From the NCBI RefSeq assembly GCF_009914755.1, contig NC_060947.1: a stretch of DNA of 64,000 nucleotides. One strand, given 5' to 3'. The position numbers were made by a program, and so were the translations under genes. The notes beneath the pieces were generated by a model. The model searched no databases. It was not told the DNA's origin and saw only the letters and a list, made by a program, of their open reading frames with translations. The number at the start of each line of letters is the position of its first letter. Within the stretch, counting starts at the first letter, position 1. Positions 1-52,130 of this stretch are shown in pieces. This DNA comes from the human T2T-CHM13v2.0 reference genome, Homo sapiens.

Positions 1-2170
<2,170 letters not shown>

Positions 2171-2206
2171 GAGTATATTCGTTTTTTTAATGCATATATC
2201 CATTTA

Positions 2207-2607
<401 letters not shown>

Positions 2608-2775
2608 TCAAAAATAAGCATGGCCTTGGGTGGCAGCAAGATAACCATGCTGTTGCTCTTCAACCCACGGCTTACATACCATAGGGAAAGAGTGTGCTCA
2701 AGATGAAGGCAACTCCAGAACAGGCATAATACTCTATGCATCATCATCTAATTTGTGCGATAATGTAAAAGTTGA

Positions 2776-2994
<219 letters not shown>

Positions 2995-3302
2995 TAGTAG
3001 AGAGGAGGTTTCACCGTGTTAGCCAGGATGGTCTCGATCTCCTGGCCTCGTGATCCACCCGCCTCGGCCTCGCAAAGTGCTGGGATTACAGGCGTGAGCC
3101 ACCGCGCCCGGCCCCTGACAAGCTCTTAAACTAGGGATGGCAAAGGAGGAATCAGGCATTTACAGGACTGGCGCTAGTCAGAAGTAAACGTGGTGGATTG
3201 GCATCCAAGATGGAGTAACTTTTGTCTCCACACTCTTGCTGAAGGCTGGAAAATCAGCATGTGAGTCTGTCTTGTAAAAGGTAATTGGGCATGCGCTACT
3301 CA

Positions 3303-3769
<467 letters not shown>

Positions 3770-3919
3770 TTAACATCAGTTTATATGTTGCTATCCAAGT
3801 TTATCTACCATGAGGCTTAACTCATACAAAAACCTTTACTTAGGGAATGTGCCTACTTGAGAAAGCAAGTTCACCTACTCATCATCCAGCTATTTTCCTT
3901 GCTAGTTATCATAGATAAC

Positions 3920-4348
3920 ATGAAAAGATTTTTTAGAGTTTACCCATGTCCTTCAAATTATCCCACACAAAACTGCTTAGAATGTGTTAAACTATATTGA
4001 TGATTTAAAAACAAGCACAACAACATAAAGACAGAATCTTCCTCTATTTCAGGAGAAATGATTTACTGTGAATTTAACCTTTTAACATCTTTGGTGTTAA
4101 TTGTGGGTGAACCAGGATGGCTGCTTCCTGTCTCGTTCTATGATCCTCACCCTGATCTTGTTCAGACAGCGTCGCTCCCATGTACAACACCATAGTCTCT
4201 ACAGTGGGAGCCTTAAAAGGGCCCTCTTGTTTCCCTATCTGTCGTCTGACTTCTGCAGTGTCCCTGCCCACCTTCTCATAGCAGTGGCCCCAAAGGACAT
4301 GTTTCTGTTACAGGTGATCACATTCAGAACAAATGTCTATATTTTTTA
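3920..4348 (-). pseudogene. MRPL32P1: 5'-truncated processed pseudogene of mitochondrial ribosomal protein L32
   Basis: Minus strand reads [65 protein letters not shown], frameshift, [16 protein letters not shown] (stop 4097-4099), matching the MRPL32 C-terminus. Premature TAA at 4308-4310, no introns. The 3'-UTR-like boundary near 3920 is approximate. Confidence 0.9.
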
Positions 4349-4800
4349 AATGTAAGTACATCTGGGCTGGGTGCGGTGGCTCACACCTGTAATTCCACCA
4401 CTTTAGGAGGCTGAGGCAGGAGGAACGCTTGAACCCAGAAGTTCCAAACCAACCCGGGCAACACAGTGAGGCGCACCCGCCACCTGCCCCCTGCCCCTGT
4501 TAAACCAAAATAAAAATTAGCCGGGTGTGATGGTGCACGCCTGTGGTCCTAGCTACTTGGGAGGCTGAGGTGGGAGGACTGCTTGAGCCTGGAAGGTCTA
4601 GGCTGCGGTGAGTGGCATTTTGGCCTGGGTAACAGCGAGACCCTGTCTCAATAAAAAAACAAAACAAAACAAAACAAAACCGCGTAATATTCACCCTATA
4701 TTCACACTGTCAATATTCACACTATAAGATCAATTAATGCCCCTACTATAAGCTTGTTTAGCAAATCTTTTCTTTTACTTTTTTTTTTTTTTTGAGATGA

Positions 4801-5049
<249 letters not shown>

Positions 5050-5173
5050 TAGGATTACAGGTGTGAGCCACCATGCCCAGTCTTATTTAGCAAATCTTTT
5101 CTGGATTATTAGTCCTTTTTTGATGGAAACTTTTCACATTAATTTTTTGCCCAGCTCTTTTGAGGTGTGGTTA

Positions 5174-5488
<315 letters not shown>

Positions 5489-5509
5489 TCAAAAAAAAAA
5501 AAAAAAGAT

Positions 5510-10640
<5,131 letters not shown>

Positions 10641-11389
10641 GTGAAGTTTCATTATATCATGCATTGGTGGGGTCCACCTACAATAAGCTAAAACATTGCC
10701 GTGTAATGTAATGTTAGGGAGTGGGAAGCATTAAGGGAAATAAAGCAGGGTGGGGGTGGAGAGTGAGATGTGATGGTTTACACATGGCAGTCAGGGAAGG
10801 TGACTCTGAAAAGGTGCCTTTCAACAGAGACCCGATGTTCGAGGGAGAGCAGTCAAGGAGGATATCCAGTGGTCTAGTTCGTGGGAATGGTTCCTCCATA
10901 GCGCTCTGGCTCCGTTGCACGTCTCCACATGGGCCACGTAGGTAAGCTGATGTAAGTCTTGGCAGAACGCCCTGTAATCCTCGGAACACAGAGCACGGAA
11001 GGTCTGTGGGGAATTCTCACGAGGCCATTTACCATTCACCTCCTATCTACCAAGGAGCCTGTTGTGAGACAGTTTTCTCCCCACCTCCTGAGGTTCTGGT
11101 GGGGTTTGAGGCTTTCTACCCCTCACCTCTGGGCTATAGAACTGCTTAGCTGCAGCATGAAATTAGCTCCTCAGCAACAAGGTGTCCTGCCACCTGGTGT
11201 GTGGTCATCTCGCCCCTTTCATTTCGGTGTTGCCCGGCACAAGGGACATGAACCAGAATCTGTGGATGTTCTTGCTTTCGTGGTCCACGTAAGTAACATC
11301 TGAATGTAACTAGGGCTTGTTTCATTTCCAACCAAACCTGTCAGCCTTACCTTGCTTCGACATCTGGAAGAGAATTAAAGGCAGAGGGA

Positions 11390-12075
11390 AAAGCAAACAG
11401 GTGCAAAGGCCCTGAGGCAGGAGCTTGCTTGGTGTGTGGGGAACAGCAAGAAAGCCAGCGGGGCAGGAGCAGAGTGAGCCAGGGGCCAGTGGTGGGTGGT
11501 GAGGTCAGGGAGGGCCCGGAGGGCCTCGTGGGCCACGGAGAGGACTTTGGCTTTTTCTCTGAGAGAGATGAGAGCCACGGCAGGGCTCTGAGCAGAGGAG
11601 GGCCCTGGGCTGACTTGGGTTGCAACAGGATCATTCTGGCTGCCGTGAGGACAGATTGAGGAGAGGGGGCGAGGACGGCAGTGGTGAGGAGGCTGCTGCA
11701 GTCATCCAAACCAGTGATGGTGGTGGCGGCAGTGGACGCCGAGAGGAGAGCTCGGATTCTGGCATATTCTGAAGGTGGAACTCACAGGGTTTGCTGACAG
11801 ATCAAGCAAAGCGAGGGCGGGATGACAAAGTACTTGTTAGGAATCCACACTAGATGAGCTCACAAAAAGTAACTTGACAGTTGGTGTTAGTGTTGTGGTT
11901 AAGAACAGGGATTCGGAGCCAAGTGGCCTACATATAAATCCAGTTCCATTGCTTACTGGCTGTGTGACCTTGGGCAGGTCACTTCCTCTCTTTGTTTTCA
12001 TTTCCTCACCTGTGAGATGAGATGGCAATAGTATCTACTTCACAAGACTGCTGTTGTAAGGATTACACAAGGTTT
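11390..12075. mobile_element. L2 fragment followed by MIR
   Basis: L2-like gtgcaaaggccctgaggcagga...ggactttggctttttctctgag; MIR core gctgtgtgaccttgggcaggtcactt. Confidence 0.75.
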
Positions 12076-12097
12076 TCTATTAATGTAAAGTGCTTCA

Positions 12098-18238
<6,141 letters not shown>

Positions 18239-18519
18239 TAAAAGTCGTGTTTCTTCTCTTTTTTATAATGTTGTACTTCTGATTTCTAGGGAATGATTAG
18301 CAAACTCACCCCTGACGCTATGTCCCTTGGACATTATCCTTGTATACACAAAAAGTGCAATTAACGAGTGGGTAGAAGTCAAGGGGTGGAGCCTCCGTCC
18401 TTGGGCTTGAAGCCAATGTCCCTCAATGCGCCTGCGAGACTCCCACGCCCTGGGAAGGATGCCTATCGATTCGCTCTGGGCTCGGCAGTTCTTTCTGATA
18501 GCAGGCAGCCATCTTGCCT

Positions 18520-18613
18520 GGAGCCTGAGAAAGGGAGGAGAGACAGAAGGAACCGGCGACAGTGGTCTCAGGGCCGCTCCGGGGGGCCTCAAGAACCGGA
18601 GGCAGCCCCGGAG
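18520..18613 (+). other. WDR13: Probable non-coding first exon of WDR13
   Basis: Candidate donor GAG|GTGGTC at 18613/18614 and acceptor ...ttgtcctgcag|G at 18956/18957 upstream of the ATG. TSS approximate; donor is weak. Confidence 0.45.
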
Positions 18614-18995
18614 GTGGTCCCCGATCCCGGGCTATGCTCTTGGATCTGAGAAGGGAAGGCGGAGGGCGGCGGGGACAAGATGGGTGGAGAATGTCAAGCA
18701 AGGAATGCTAGGCGGGGGAGGGGCGTTGCTATGGCGACTGGGGAGGGGCGGTGTCTGTTCTGAATCGCTGTGTGTCACCCGGGCGCTGCCCAGGAAGGGC
18801 AGGGCTGGGGTGATGACCATGGTAACACCCGGGTGGGAGTTCGTGACATCTCCGGCGCGGAGGGACTCGATGTCTATGGCAATGGTCGCCTGGTGGAAGG
18901 GACGGAACTAGATCCCTTCGCTCGGGACGCTCACATTCCAGGCCCTTGTCCTGCAGGCTGCCGCGGGCGGACACGCCAGAGGAGGAGGCCGGGGA

Positions 18996-19036
18996 ATGGC
19001 CGCGGTGTGGCAGCAAGTCTTAGCAGTGGACGCGAG
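18996..19036 (+). CDS. WDR13: WDR13 coding exon 1 (MAAVWQQVLAVDAR)
   Basis: ATG 18996 in GGAATGG context; donor AG|GTGAGG; 41 nt. Confidence 0.95.
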
Positions 19037-19707
19037 GTGAGGCGTGGGGTCAAAGCCCATGGGAGCAGAACTTACTGTGGTGCATGCGCAATGGCGATAA
19101 GTGAGGCTGGGCGGAGAACTTGCCTTATGCGGCTGCGTGGGCATGCCGGAGGTGAGCATGCGCAGTAGCGGGGGCGGGCACGCCCGCGGTGAGTTGGCTG
19201 CGCCGGAGAGGATTCTAAACAGCAAGCTGGGAAAATGTGGTCAGATGTGGGCATGCGCAAAGCGGCTACCTGTGAGAGGGAGGTGGGGCTCAGGCAGGTG
19301 ACATCCTATCCCCTATGGGTGTCCCCTAGACTTTTTTTTTTTTACATCATCACTTCCCCATTCTGACCCCATCACCTCCCAACGCTGACCCCCATAATGT
19401 CAGTCTGATTTCTGTCGCCCTGGTATACTGACCCTAATTATTGTCTGCGCTGACCCAGTCACCCCGTAGGGACCCCAGCACGGCAGCAGACTGACTCTGT
19501 TGTCTGCAAACTGACCTCATGACCATGCTCATTATTACTGCAGACTCACTCCCACCACAGGACCAAGAGGTCCCTCATCACCACTGCTAGTCATTCTTAC
19601 CACCTAGGCCCCAGTCACTGCCACACACCTCACTCTCCTGCCGTACCCCCCCCCCCGAGCTGATTGATTCCCTCTGTCCTGTGCCTGCTGCCTGCCCTGC
19701 ATCCTGA

Positions 19708-20097
<390 letters not shown>

Positions 20098-20213
20098 TAA
20101 ACACACAAACTTTGTAAACAGGTCAGTAAACATATAGCAAGCCCTGTCTTTAGTATCTGCTGAGCAGGGGGAGGGCAGGAACAGCAGAACTCGTGAGGAA
20201 GCCACTGCAGTAG

Positions 20214-20790
<577 letters not shown>

Positions 20791-21298
20791 TGAATCCAAG
20801 GCCCCTGGCACACTCCAAAGGAGGAATGACCATCCATAAAGCCTTTTGTAGACTGAAAATCCCTCTGCAAAGTGGTCAGTGCTTCGTCTACTGGAAAGGG
20901 CCTCAGAAGCCTAAGAGAGAGCCCTTTGCAGCAGGCTGCCTGGGTTCCTGAGTCACTTGGAAGAGTTCAAAGCCTTTGCTGATGATAAATCCCCTTGCAG
21001 AGGGCAGAGTGGGCTACAGTGTCAAGGGTTTTGCAAATTGCCAAGACCTTGATTATAAAGTGTTCGCTAAGACAGGAACTTTTTCATGTTGCAGAAGACT
21101 TTTGCAATCTGCAAAGGAGCTGCTAAGACTTAGGGAGCTTTGGCAGAGGGTCTTCAGGGGTTACAGTTCCCTTTGTCAGCCAAGGAAAGCCCTTTGCTGA
21201 GGCCACTGTTCCTCATGCAGTGGGGCCCCAGCCCCAGGCACACACGTCAGAGCCTTTTAGAGAGAAAAGTGCCCAGTGAGTGTGCAGATTCCCACTAA

Positions 21299-21724
<426 letters not shown>

Positions 21725-21875
21725 TAGGACCCCCCCACCCCCCACCCAATCTCGTCAGAGCAGTCCTAGTGTGGTCAGACTTAAAAGGGAAGCAGATCAG
21801 AAGACGGGAGTGGGCCAGGCGCAGTGGCTCACGCCTGTAATCCCAGCACTTTGGGAGGCGGAGGCGGGCGGATCA

Positions 21876-22160
<285 letters not shown>

Positions 22161-22685
22161 TCAGGGTTCTGGCTCTGGAGCCCCTTTGGTCCCATCAGCT
22201 ACAGTCCTACAGTTTTCCAACTGCAGGGGCTACCTCTGAGGAGCAGGATGATGAGGCTGAGCCTCGTCTGGTCTGTCAGTGGCCCCACCGTGTCAGACTC
22301 CAGGGTAGATTGGTCAGAGAGCAGGGGAAGGACATTAGAAAGTCTGGTGTGGCCCGGGGTTTAGTGGGGTGAACTGCAGAGGAACAGACCAAGAGTGAGC
22401 TTGTGGGCCGGGATCCTCCCCGCATTAGCAGCAGCCCCACAAGTTCCAGAAAGGAGCAGCCAGGGAGCAGAGGAAAGCTGGGATCACAGGCCTAGGCAGG
22501 CCCTATGGTTCTCACACTGTAGGAGGACTGGCCAAGGGGCAGCATGATGGCTCTGAAGGCCCTTTAGTCCCATAGGCAGGTGGCCTACTCTGGGCAGATT
22601 GCAAAAGGGGCTGGCTAGGGAGGTGGATTCATGCCTGGTCACCTTGTCTACCTGCCACAGCCCTATTGTGAATAGACTCTAATAG

Positions 22686-23289
<604 letters not shown>

Positions 23290-23995
23290 TAATTTAATTG
23301 AGGGAGCAGTAGTAGCAGTAACAGTAATAGCAGTAGTGAGCGCGTTTACAGCCATCACTGTGGCCAGGCCCTGTTCGAAGCAGTTTCCACATATCACCAC
23401 ATTCAATCCTTGCACCGACCTGTGAGGTAGGTGCTGTTATTATCTCCATTTTGCAGGTGAGCAAACTGAAGCATAAAATAGATTAGGGCTACTTAAAGCA
23501 GAGGCCTGTTTTCCTTTCTTCCTTCCTTCCTTTTTTTTTTTTTTTTTTTGCGGGGAGTAGTGTGGGGGTTACTGTCCCCACTCACATCTGTCATGTTACC
23601 CAAATGCAGTTCTCAGCCTGGGCCACACATTGGAATGACCTGAAGAGCTTCAAAAACTCCTGTCTGGGCCCCTCTACAGGCCAGTAATTTCAGAAGCTTT
23701 GGGATGGGCCTGGGCATTGGTAGATTGAGAAATTCCCTAAGCAATGTCTGGCCAGTCCTGAAAACCACTGCCTAACAGGATGCTTTTTATTCTACCCCTT
23801 TATTTCTCTCCTCCTTTTTAAACAATTTCTGTATATATACTTAACAATTTTTTAATTTAAGCGTACCCTTAAGTTTGCCCATTTCCCACAGCCTCTCCTT
23901 TCTTCCTCCTGCCACCTCTGGCCTCCTCCTGCCACAGTAAAGCCCATTAATGATCCACATCTTTCCACATATCCTTCTCTTTCCACAAATCCTAG

Positions 23996-24142
<147 letters not shown>

Positions 24143-24290
24143 TGAGATTACAGGCACACGCCACCATGCTCGGCCAACCTTTTTAATCTATTTTTTGTAG
24201 AGATGAGGTTTTGCTGTGTTACTCAGTCTGGTCTTAAACTCTTGGCCTCAAGTGATCCTTGTACCTTGGCCTCCCAAAGTGCTGGGATTA

Positions 24291-24728
<438 letters not shown>

Positions 24729-24973
24729 TTACCTGTGGGGACAGTGTTTTATTCTCTCTAAGGGCTGTGCAGTTTTCCACAGTGTGGGCATACCATGGTG
24801 TGTTCATTTCCTCTCTTTGTGCTTATCTTAATACCAGGATCTTTTAGAGACCCTTACAAAGAAAAACTAGTGAATGAAACTGCAGAGGCTCCCATTTATA
24901 TCAACAGAGACAGTTTCTGAACCATCAGTAACTCACACATCAGCCCCTACTTATAGTTTATGTAGTCATCTCA

Positions 24974-25483
<510 letters not shown>

Positions 25484-25700
25484 TGACTTCCTGGACCTCA
25501 TGACCCCTCCTGCCCCAACAGCCTCACTGTGGAACTCACAGCTCCAAACAGCTCAGAGAAGTCACAGTTTGCACTTGATCTCGGCCAAAAGGCCGAGAAG
25601 TGATGAAAACTCACACTTTGAACGCACTAACTCCCCAAACAGCCCAGAGACCTCGCATTCTGCACACAGTACCAAAACAGCCAGGTGACCTCCCATCTAG

Positions 25701-26030
<330 letters not shown>

Positions 26031-26091
26031 GGTCCTGTCGGCCCTGCTGCTGTCCTCCATCCCACCCCTCTTACTCCAGCCTCGTGTTGTA

Positions 26092-26097
26092 AATAAA
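26092..26097 (+). terminator. Proximal WDR13 poly(A) signal
   Basis: AATAAA ~60 nt after the stop codon. Confidence 0.8.
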
Positions 26098-26189
26098 GTT
26101 TCGGTGGTCATGCTGAGGGCCGGCTCCCAGCTCTGCCGGGGACGGACAGGGCAGAGGGCAGCGGGCAGCTCCAGGAACACGGTGGAACG

Positions 26190-27270
<1,081 letters not shown>

Positions 27271-28049
27271 GGAATGTTGGGTCGGACCCCCAGGGGGTTC
27301 ACTATGTTAGGCTGCAGGACTCTGCTGCCTCCTCAGGGGGCGATATTCCCAACCCTTCTGTGCATTGTGTTGTTTATTAAAAGCAGGGAGCAGAGGTGTT
27401 GAGTCCTGGAGCCCCAAGCTGGTGCAGGAGCAACGGGAAGTTAAGGCTGACCTGGGGCCTCCTGCTGTGTGGCGGAATCTCCATCCCTCAGACCACCCCT
27501 GTCTCCTCCCAGCCCCATCCAGGGTACAAATTCCAGCCCTGGAACAGCTCAGAGACCAAAAAGTGATGTTAAGTATTTGAGGGGAGCCCCAAGAGAGGAG
27601 AAAAAGCTTTGAGTATTGATGGGGGTAAATAACCAAAATCACTTATCAGTGGCCTGCGTCACCAGAAAATGTCAAAGTTACCTGAAGCAGCAAAGAGGCT
27701 CTTGCTCCGGCCCCTCCCTTCCTTCTCAGCTCCATTTGTTGCCACATATGCGTTGACTGGAACTGCGACTGACATCTTGGGACCTTAGGGTCAGTCCACA
27801 GCGTGGTAGAGACTCCAGCTTGGCCCAGCATTGCTGAGCTGCTGAACTCGCACCAACAGTCTTGTTGGAGGGAAATAATCTCCCGTTTGTTCAGTCCAGT
27901 TATTTGACAGTGTGGTTACTTGCACCCCAAGCATTTCTAACTGGCACTTCCATCTAATAGACCTCAGGGTACATGGTGGTGAGATAGGGACATCAGTGAG
28001 CTGGATTGTTCCCATGGTAAAGGTCATGTATGTGTGTGTGTGTCATGGT

Positions 28050-29560
<1,511 letters not shown>

Positions 29561-29828
29561 GTGTGCAACACCACACAGATGCCCAGTTTCTACCAAGGTC
29601 TGTGGATGGCAGGATAATTTTGAGGAACCTCCTTTTTCGCTAACACTTTCTTCTTTTGTTTACACTCTTCACATTGTCTATTGAGTCTGGATTCAAGATG
29701 ATTGATTGTGAATATTGTTGTGCATGATTTTGGGGGTTTCCTCCTTGTGAAATTTTGAGGTGGCAGATTTGACATTCTACTTTAAACTCATCTTGGTGGC
29801 ACTTTTCTTGACTCACCACCTAAGGGGG

Positions 29829-29852
29829 AATAAATAATGAAGAAAGAATAAA
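29829..29852 (+). terminator. Tandem AATAAA pair, candidate distal WDR13 poly(A) site (~3.8-kb 3' UTR)
   Basis: AATAAA at 29829 and 29847 in unique sequence. Confidence 0.5.
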
Positions 29853-29861
29853 AATAGTGTT

Positions 29862-34495
<4,634 letters not shown>

Positions 34496-34509
34496 ACTTA
34501 TAAGGACTT

Positions 34510-35052
34510 CAGAGTGGTCACTATTAAGGAAATGCAGACTGCAGTCAGGATATAATGGGGTGAGAGACTGCAGTGTGGACATAAGTGTTCACAGAAATAA
34601 ATGTGAGTTCTAGTGGAGTCACAGACTGGCGTATGGACACTCCTGTGATCTATACCTGACACTGTGTGACCCCAGGAGTTTCTGCACCCTGCTCTGTGTG
34701 ACACCAGAAGTAGTCATGTCCCAGTATGTATGTGGCCAGGAGTGTCCACATTCTAGTCTCTGTGGCCTGAGGATTGTTGGCATCCTGGTCCCTGAACCCG
34801 TAAGTTCACACTCCAATCTGTGTGACCCATAAGTGTCCAAATTCCTGTCTGTGTGACCCCAGAAGTGTTCATATCACAGTCGATATGAGTATCTATACCT
34901 AGTCTGTCTGACCCCAGCATTTCCAAACTGCAGTCTGTGTGACTCATGGGGTTCACATCCCAGTCTGTTATCCCAAGTATGCCTACACCCAGCCTGTGTG
35001 ACTCTCAGAGCATCGAAACCCGTTTGTGTGATCTCAGAAGAGTTCACATCCT
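34510..35052. repeat. Degenerate ~31-bp tandem array with an internal orientation switch
   Basis: TGTGTGA at 34663, 34695, 34819, 34850, 34936, 34995, 35025; reverse-complement units before ~34650. Confidence 0.8.
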
Positions 35053-35099
35053 ATTCACAAAGGAGAGAATAGATATTCTTTCATTTCTGCTGCTGATAA

Positions 35100-35360
<261 letters not shown>

Positions 35361-35660
35361 TGATCCGCCCGCCTCGGCCTCCCAAAGTGCTAGGATTACA
35401 GGCGTGAGCCACCGCACCTGGCCTCAACTGTATTTTTTTTTTTAACCTAAAGGTAACCACAAGTGGAATTTAAAACAGGGATAGGTTGGCGCAGCGGCTC
35501 ATGCCTGTAATCCCAGCACTTTGGGAGGCTGAGGTGGGTAGATCACTTGAGGCCAGGAGTTTGAGACCAGCCTGGCCAACACAGTGAAACCTTGTCTCTA
35601 CCAAAAAAATACAAAAATTAGCCAGGCATGGTGGTGTGTGCCTGTAATCCCAGCTACTCA

Positions 35661-35762
<102 letters not shown>

Positions 35763-36730
35763 TCAGAAAAAAAAAATGACAAGGGCACTCAGACTGAATG
35801 AATGCTCCCAAGAAATAACCAAATGATATCTGAATCAATATGATTCAGAAAGTTTTTTTAATGATGCATAAAAATGCATGAGAAAAGTAAAGAGACAGAG
35901 AAAACAGCAGTTGCAATAGAAATTCAAGATAAAATTAGGGAAAAAAGCATTAGACAGTCAAAGAGGACCCTTTTTATTGATGAAGGGCATGATCAACATT
36001 GAAAATACAAGTCTTGAATTCCTGTATTCCATACAAGAGATCGAATCTTTAGCTAGAGGAATGGAAGACAGCCAATTGAATCCTAGCCAAACTTATGCAT
36101 ATGGTCGGATCAAATTGAGGAATCTTCACAGCAGACACTAAAAATTGAAATGGGCCTATCAATTAGGTTTAGTGGACAATGGAGGAAAAGCGAGGAAGTG
36201 GACACATGGTTTACCCATTTTCTCTCCCTGGACCCAAGAAAGGATACTTTGGTGACCTTGGGTGTTCTCCCTTGCAGTGAATATAAGTGGCTACAGTACA
36301 ATGTTGAGCGCCCCTATGAGACCTTGACATGACTACACTAAGTTCATTTTCAGGTGCTTATTCAAAGGGGAAGTCACTGATGGCAAATTCTACCTCACAA
36401 CCTCATCTGTATAGAAAAGATGTGCCATGATCGTGCCACTGCACTCTAGCCTGGGCAACAGAGTGAGACCTTGTCTCTAAATAATAATAATAATAAATTC
36501 CAAAACAAAACAAAACAACAACTTATAGTGGCCATAAGCTCAAGACCACAATGCAATCATGGTTAGAAATTAGTACTCAATTGTACAGAAGAAGCCATTA
36601 AGCCCCTCCTACCACAGCTAACTGAGATTCCGGCTGGTGGCTCTGAGGCTTTGTCCTCCATCTGTCCATGGTGATGCTCTAGCATTTCATAACAGGGTTG
36701 GTCTGGTCAGCTCTCAACACATCAACATAA

Positions 36731-37103
<373 letters not shown>

Positions 37104-37679
37104 TGAGTTTTTCTAAGTTAAAACAACCTGTTTTTTGAGCTATGCTGCATATTACATGTTTCAGGAACTCCCCATAGACTGATTTCCCAGCTCCAGAAAC
37201 ATGCAATCCATCTGCTATTCCCTTGGGCTTTTTGCTTTCTTCTTTATTTTAGAGATGGGGGAGGGTCTCACTATGTTGCCCAGGCTGGACTTGGCCTCCT
37301 GGGCTCAAGAGATCTTCCCACCCCTGCCTCTCAAGTAGCTGGGACTACAGGTGTGAGCCACTGTGCCTAGCTTTTTGATATCTTGATTCCCTCAGAACCA
37401 GGTGGAAACATGTTCTGAATAAAAGCCAGTCCTGGGTATTCTTGCTCTACTCACCGGCTTGGTTGTGTTGGGCTGAGCCTTATAGAACACAGTGCTGGAG
37501 ACCTTCTCAGGGTCACTTCCTGTACCCTTGACTTTGAGCTGCAGCCCTCTGGTTTTCTCAGGTGAGTTTTCTTGACTCTTTCCACTACTCTTCAGCCGAT
37601 AAAGTGACCATTCCACTCATGTGCTTTCCCCTGGGGTAACTCCTAGTGGATGCAGTGTTGGGACCCCTTAGTTTCACTG

Positions 37680-38010
37680 GGCAGTGTCACAGGGCAGGCT
37701 CTTTAGAAGCAGAATTTCAGCTGGAGTTTGGGGCACAGGAGGTTTATCAGTTGATGTAAAGGGAAGGAGGAGGAAGCAGGATCGGGCAGGGGGAGAGCTG
37801 AGTATGATGCAAGCCACACAAAGCCTTGGCCAGCCCAGCGGGGAGCTCTGGAGCAGGGATGGCGTGGCAGAGTGTTTTGGGGTAAAGGGCATGAGCTTGG
37901 GGAAGTGACTTTCTGCAGACTCTGATGGAGCTGACATCTGGAGGCTGCCTGCCCACCGCACTCCCTGCAGCTGTGCAGCGAGCCTTTCCTTGAAAAGGGG
38001 TCTCAGTGGT
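37680..38010. mobile_element. LTR16-like (ERVL) solo LTR fragment
   Basis: ggaagcaggatcgggcagggggagagctgag...ggggagctctggagcagggatggc. Confidence 0.55.
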
Positions 38011-38899
38011 GCACATTTTTTTTTGAGACAGAGTCTTGCTCTGTCGCTCAGGCTGGAGTATAGTGGCATGATCTCTGCTCATTGCAACCTCTGCCTCCCG
38101 GGTTCAAGCGATTCTCACGCCTCAGCCACCCAAGTAGCTGAGATTACAGGCGTGCACCACCACACGTCTCTACTGTTTTTAGTAGAGACGGGGTTTCAGC
38201 ATGTTGACCAGGCTGGTCTCGAACTCCCGATCTCAAGTGATCCGCCCGCCTCGGCCTCCCAAAGTGCTGGGATTCCAGGTGTGAGCCACCGCACCCAGCC
38301 AGTGGTTCACATCTTTGTCTCCCACTGTCAGGAAAGGTATGGGGAGGAGCTGTGAAAAGAAATGGGTGGCCACTGGGTAAGTAACTGGGGACCCAGGGAA
38401 AATCCTGTTACTCCCATGACTCGCCCACATGGTCCTGAGCCAGTCACTTTACCACTCTGTGCCTCAGTTTCCTCAAGACTCAGTTGAGGGTTGGGGAGTA
38501 TATCCATTCATTCTTCTGACCTATATTGACTGAGTACCTACATGTGCCAGGCACTGTGCCAAGTTATAACAGTCAACAAGGCACACAAAACCTCGCCCTC
38601 AGGGAGCTGACATTGCCAAGAACCCCTCAAATCTACCCAGTGACCCAGACTGAGGGCAGATGTCACCCCTGGCCTTGCTTGCAATGATCATGACGCACAG
38701 TGAGCACCGTGGCCTCGTTGCATATTCAGACAGATGACAGCCTGACATGGAAGCTGAGGATCTAATCAGTGGCATCCACATGGTAACAGGAAGGAAGGAG
38801 CCACTGTGGGTCCTTGAGCAGGAGCACGGAGATATCAGTGCAAAACTTCAGAAGGGCAATTCCAGTGGCAATCAATAGAAAAAGACCTTTTTACTGCAT

Positions 38900-52130
<13,231 letters not shown>

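Larger units (their letters stand above)
18400..19270 (+). promoter_or_regulatory. WDR13: CpG-island promoter of WDR13
   Basis: GC- and CpG-rich. YY1 site GCAGCCATCTTG 18505-18516, X-box GTTGCTATGGCGAC 18725-18738, GC boxes, NRF1-type GCATGCGCA at 19082, 19156 and 19251. Confidence 0.85.

Noticed and set aside
4686-4726. Triple ATATTCAC repeat
   Set aside because: Short local slippage after an Alu tail; nothing suggests function.
18426-18911. 161-aa ATG ORF in the same frame as the WDR13 start
   Set aside because: Stops at 18911 before the ATG, and goes out of frame if spliced 18613 to 18957; typical CpG-island ORF.
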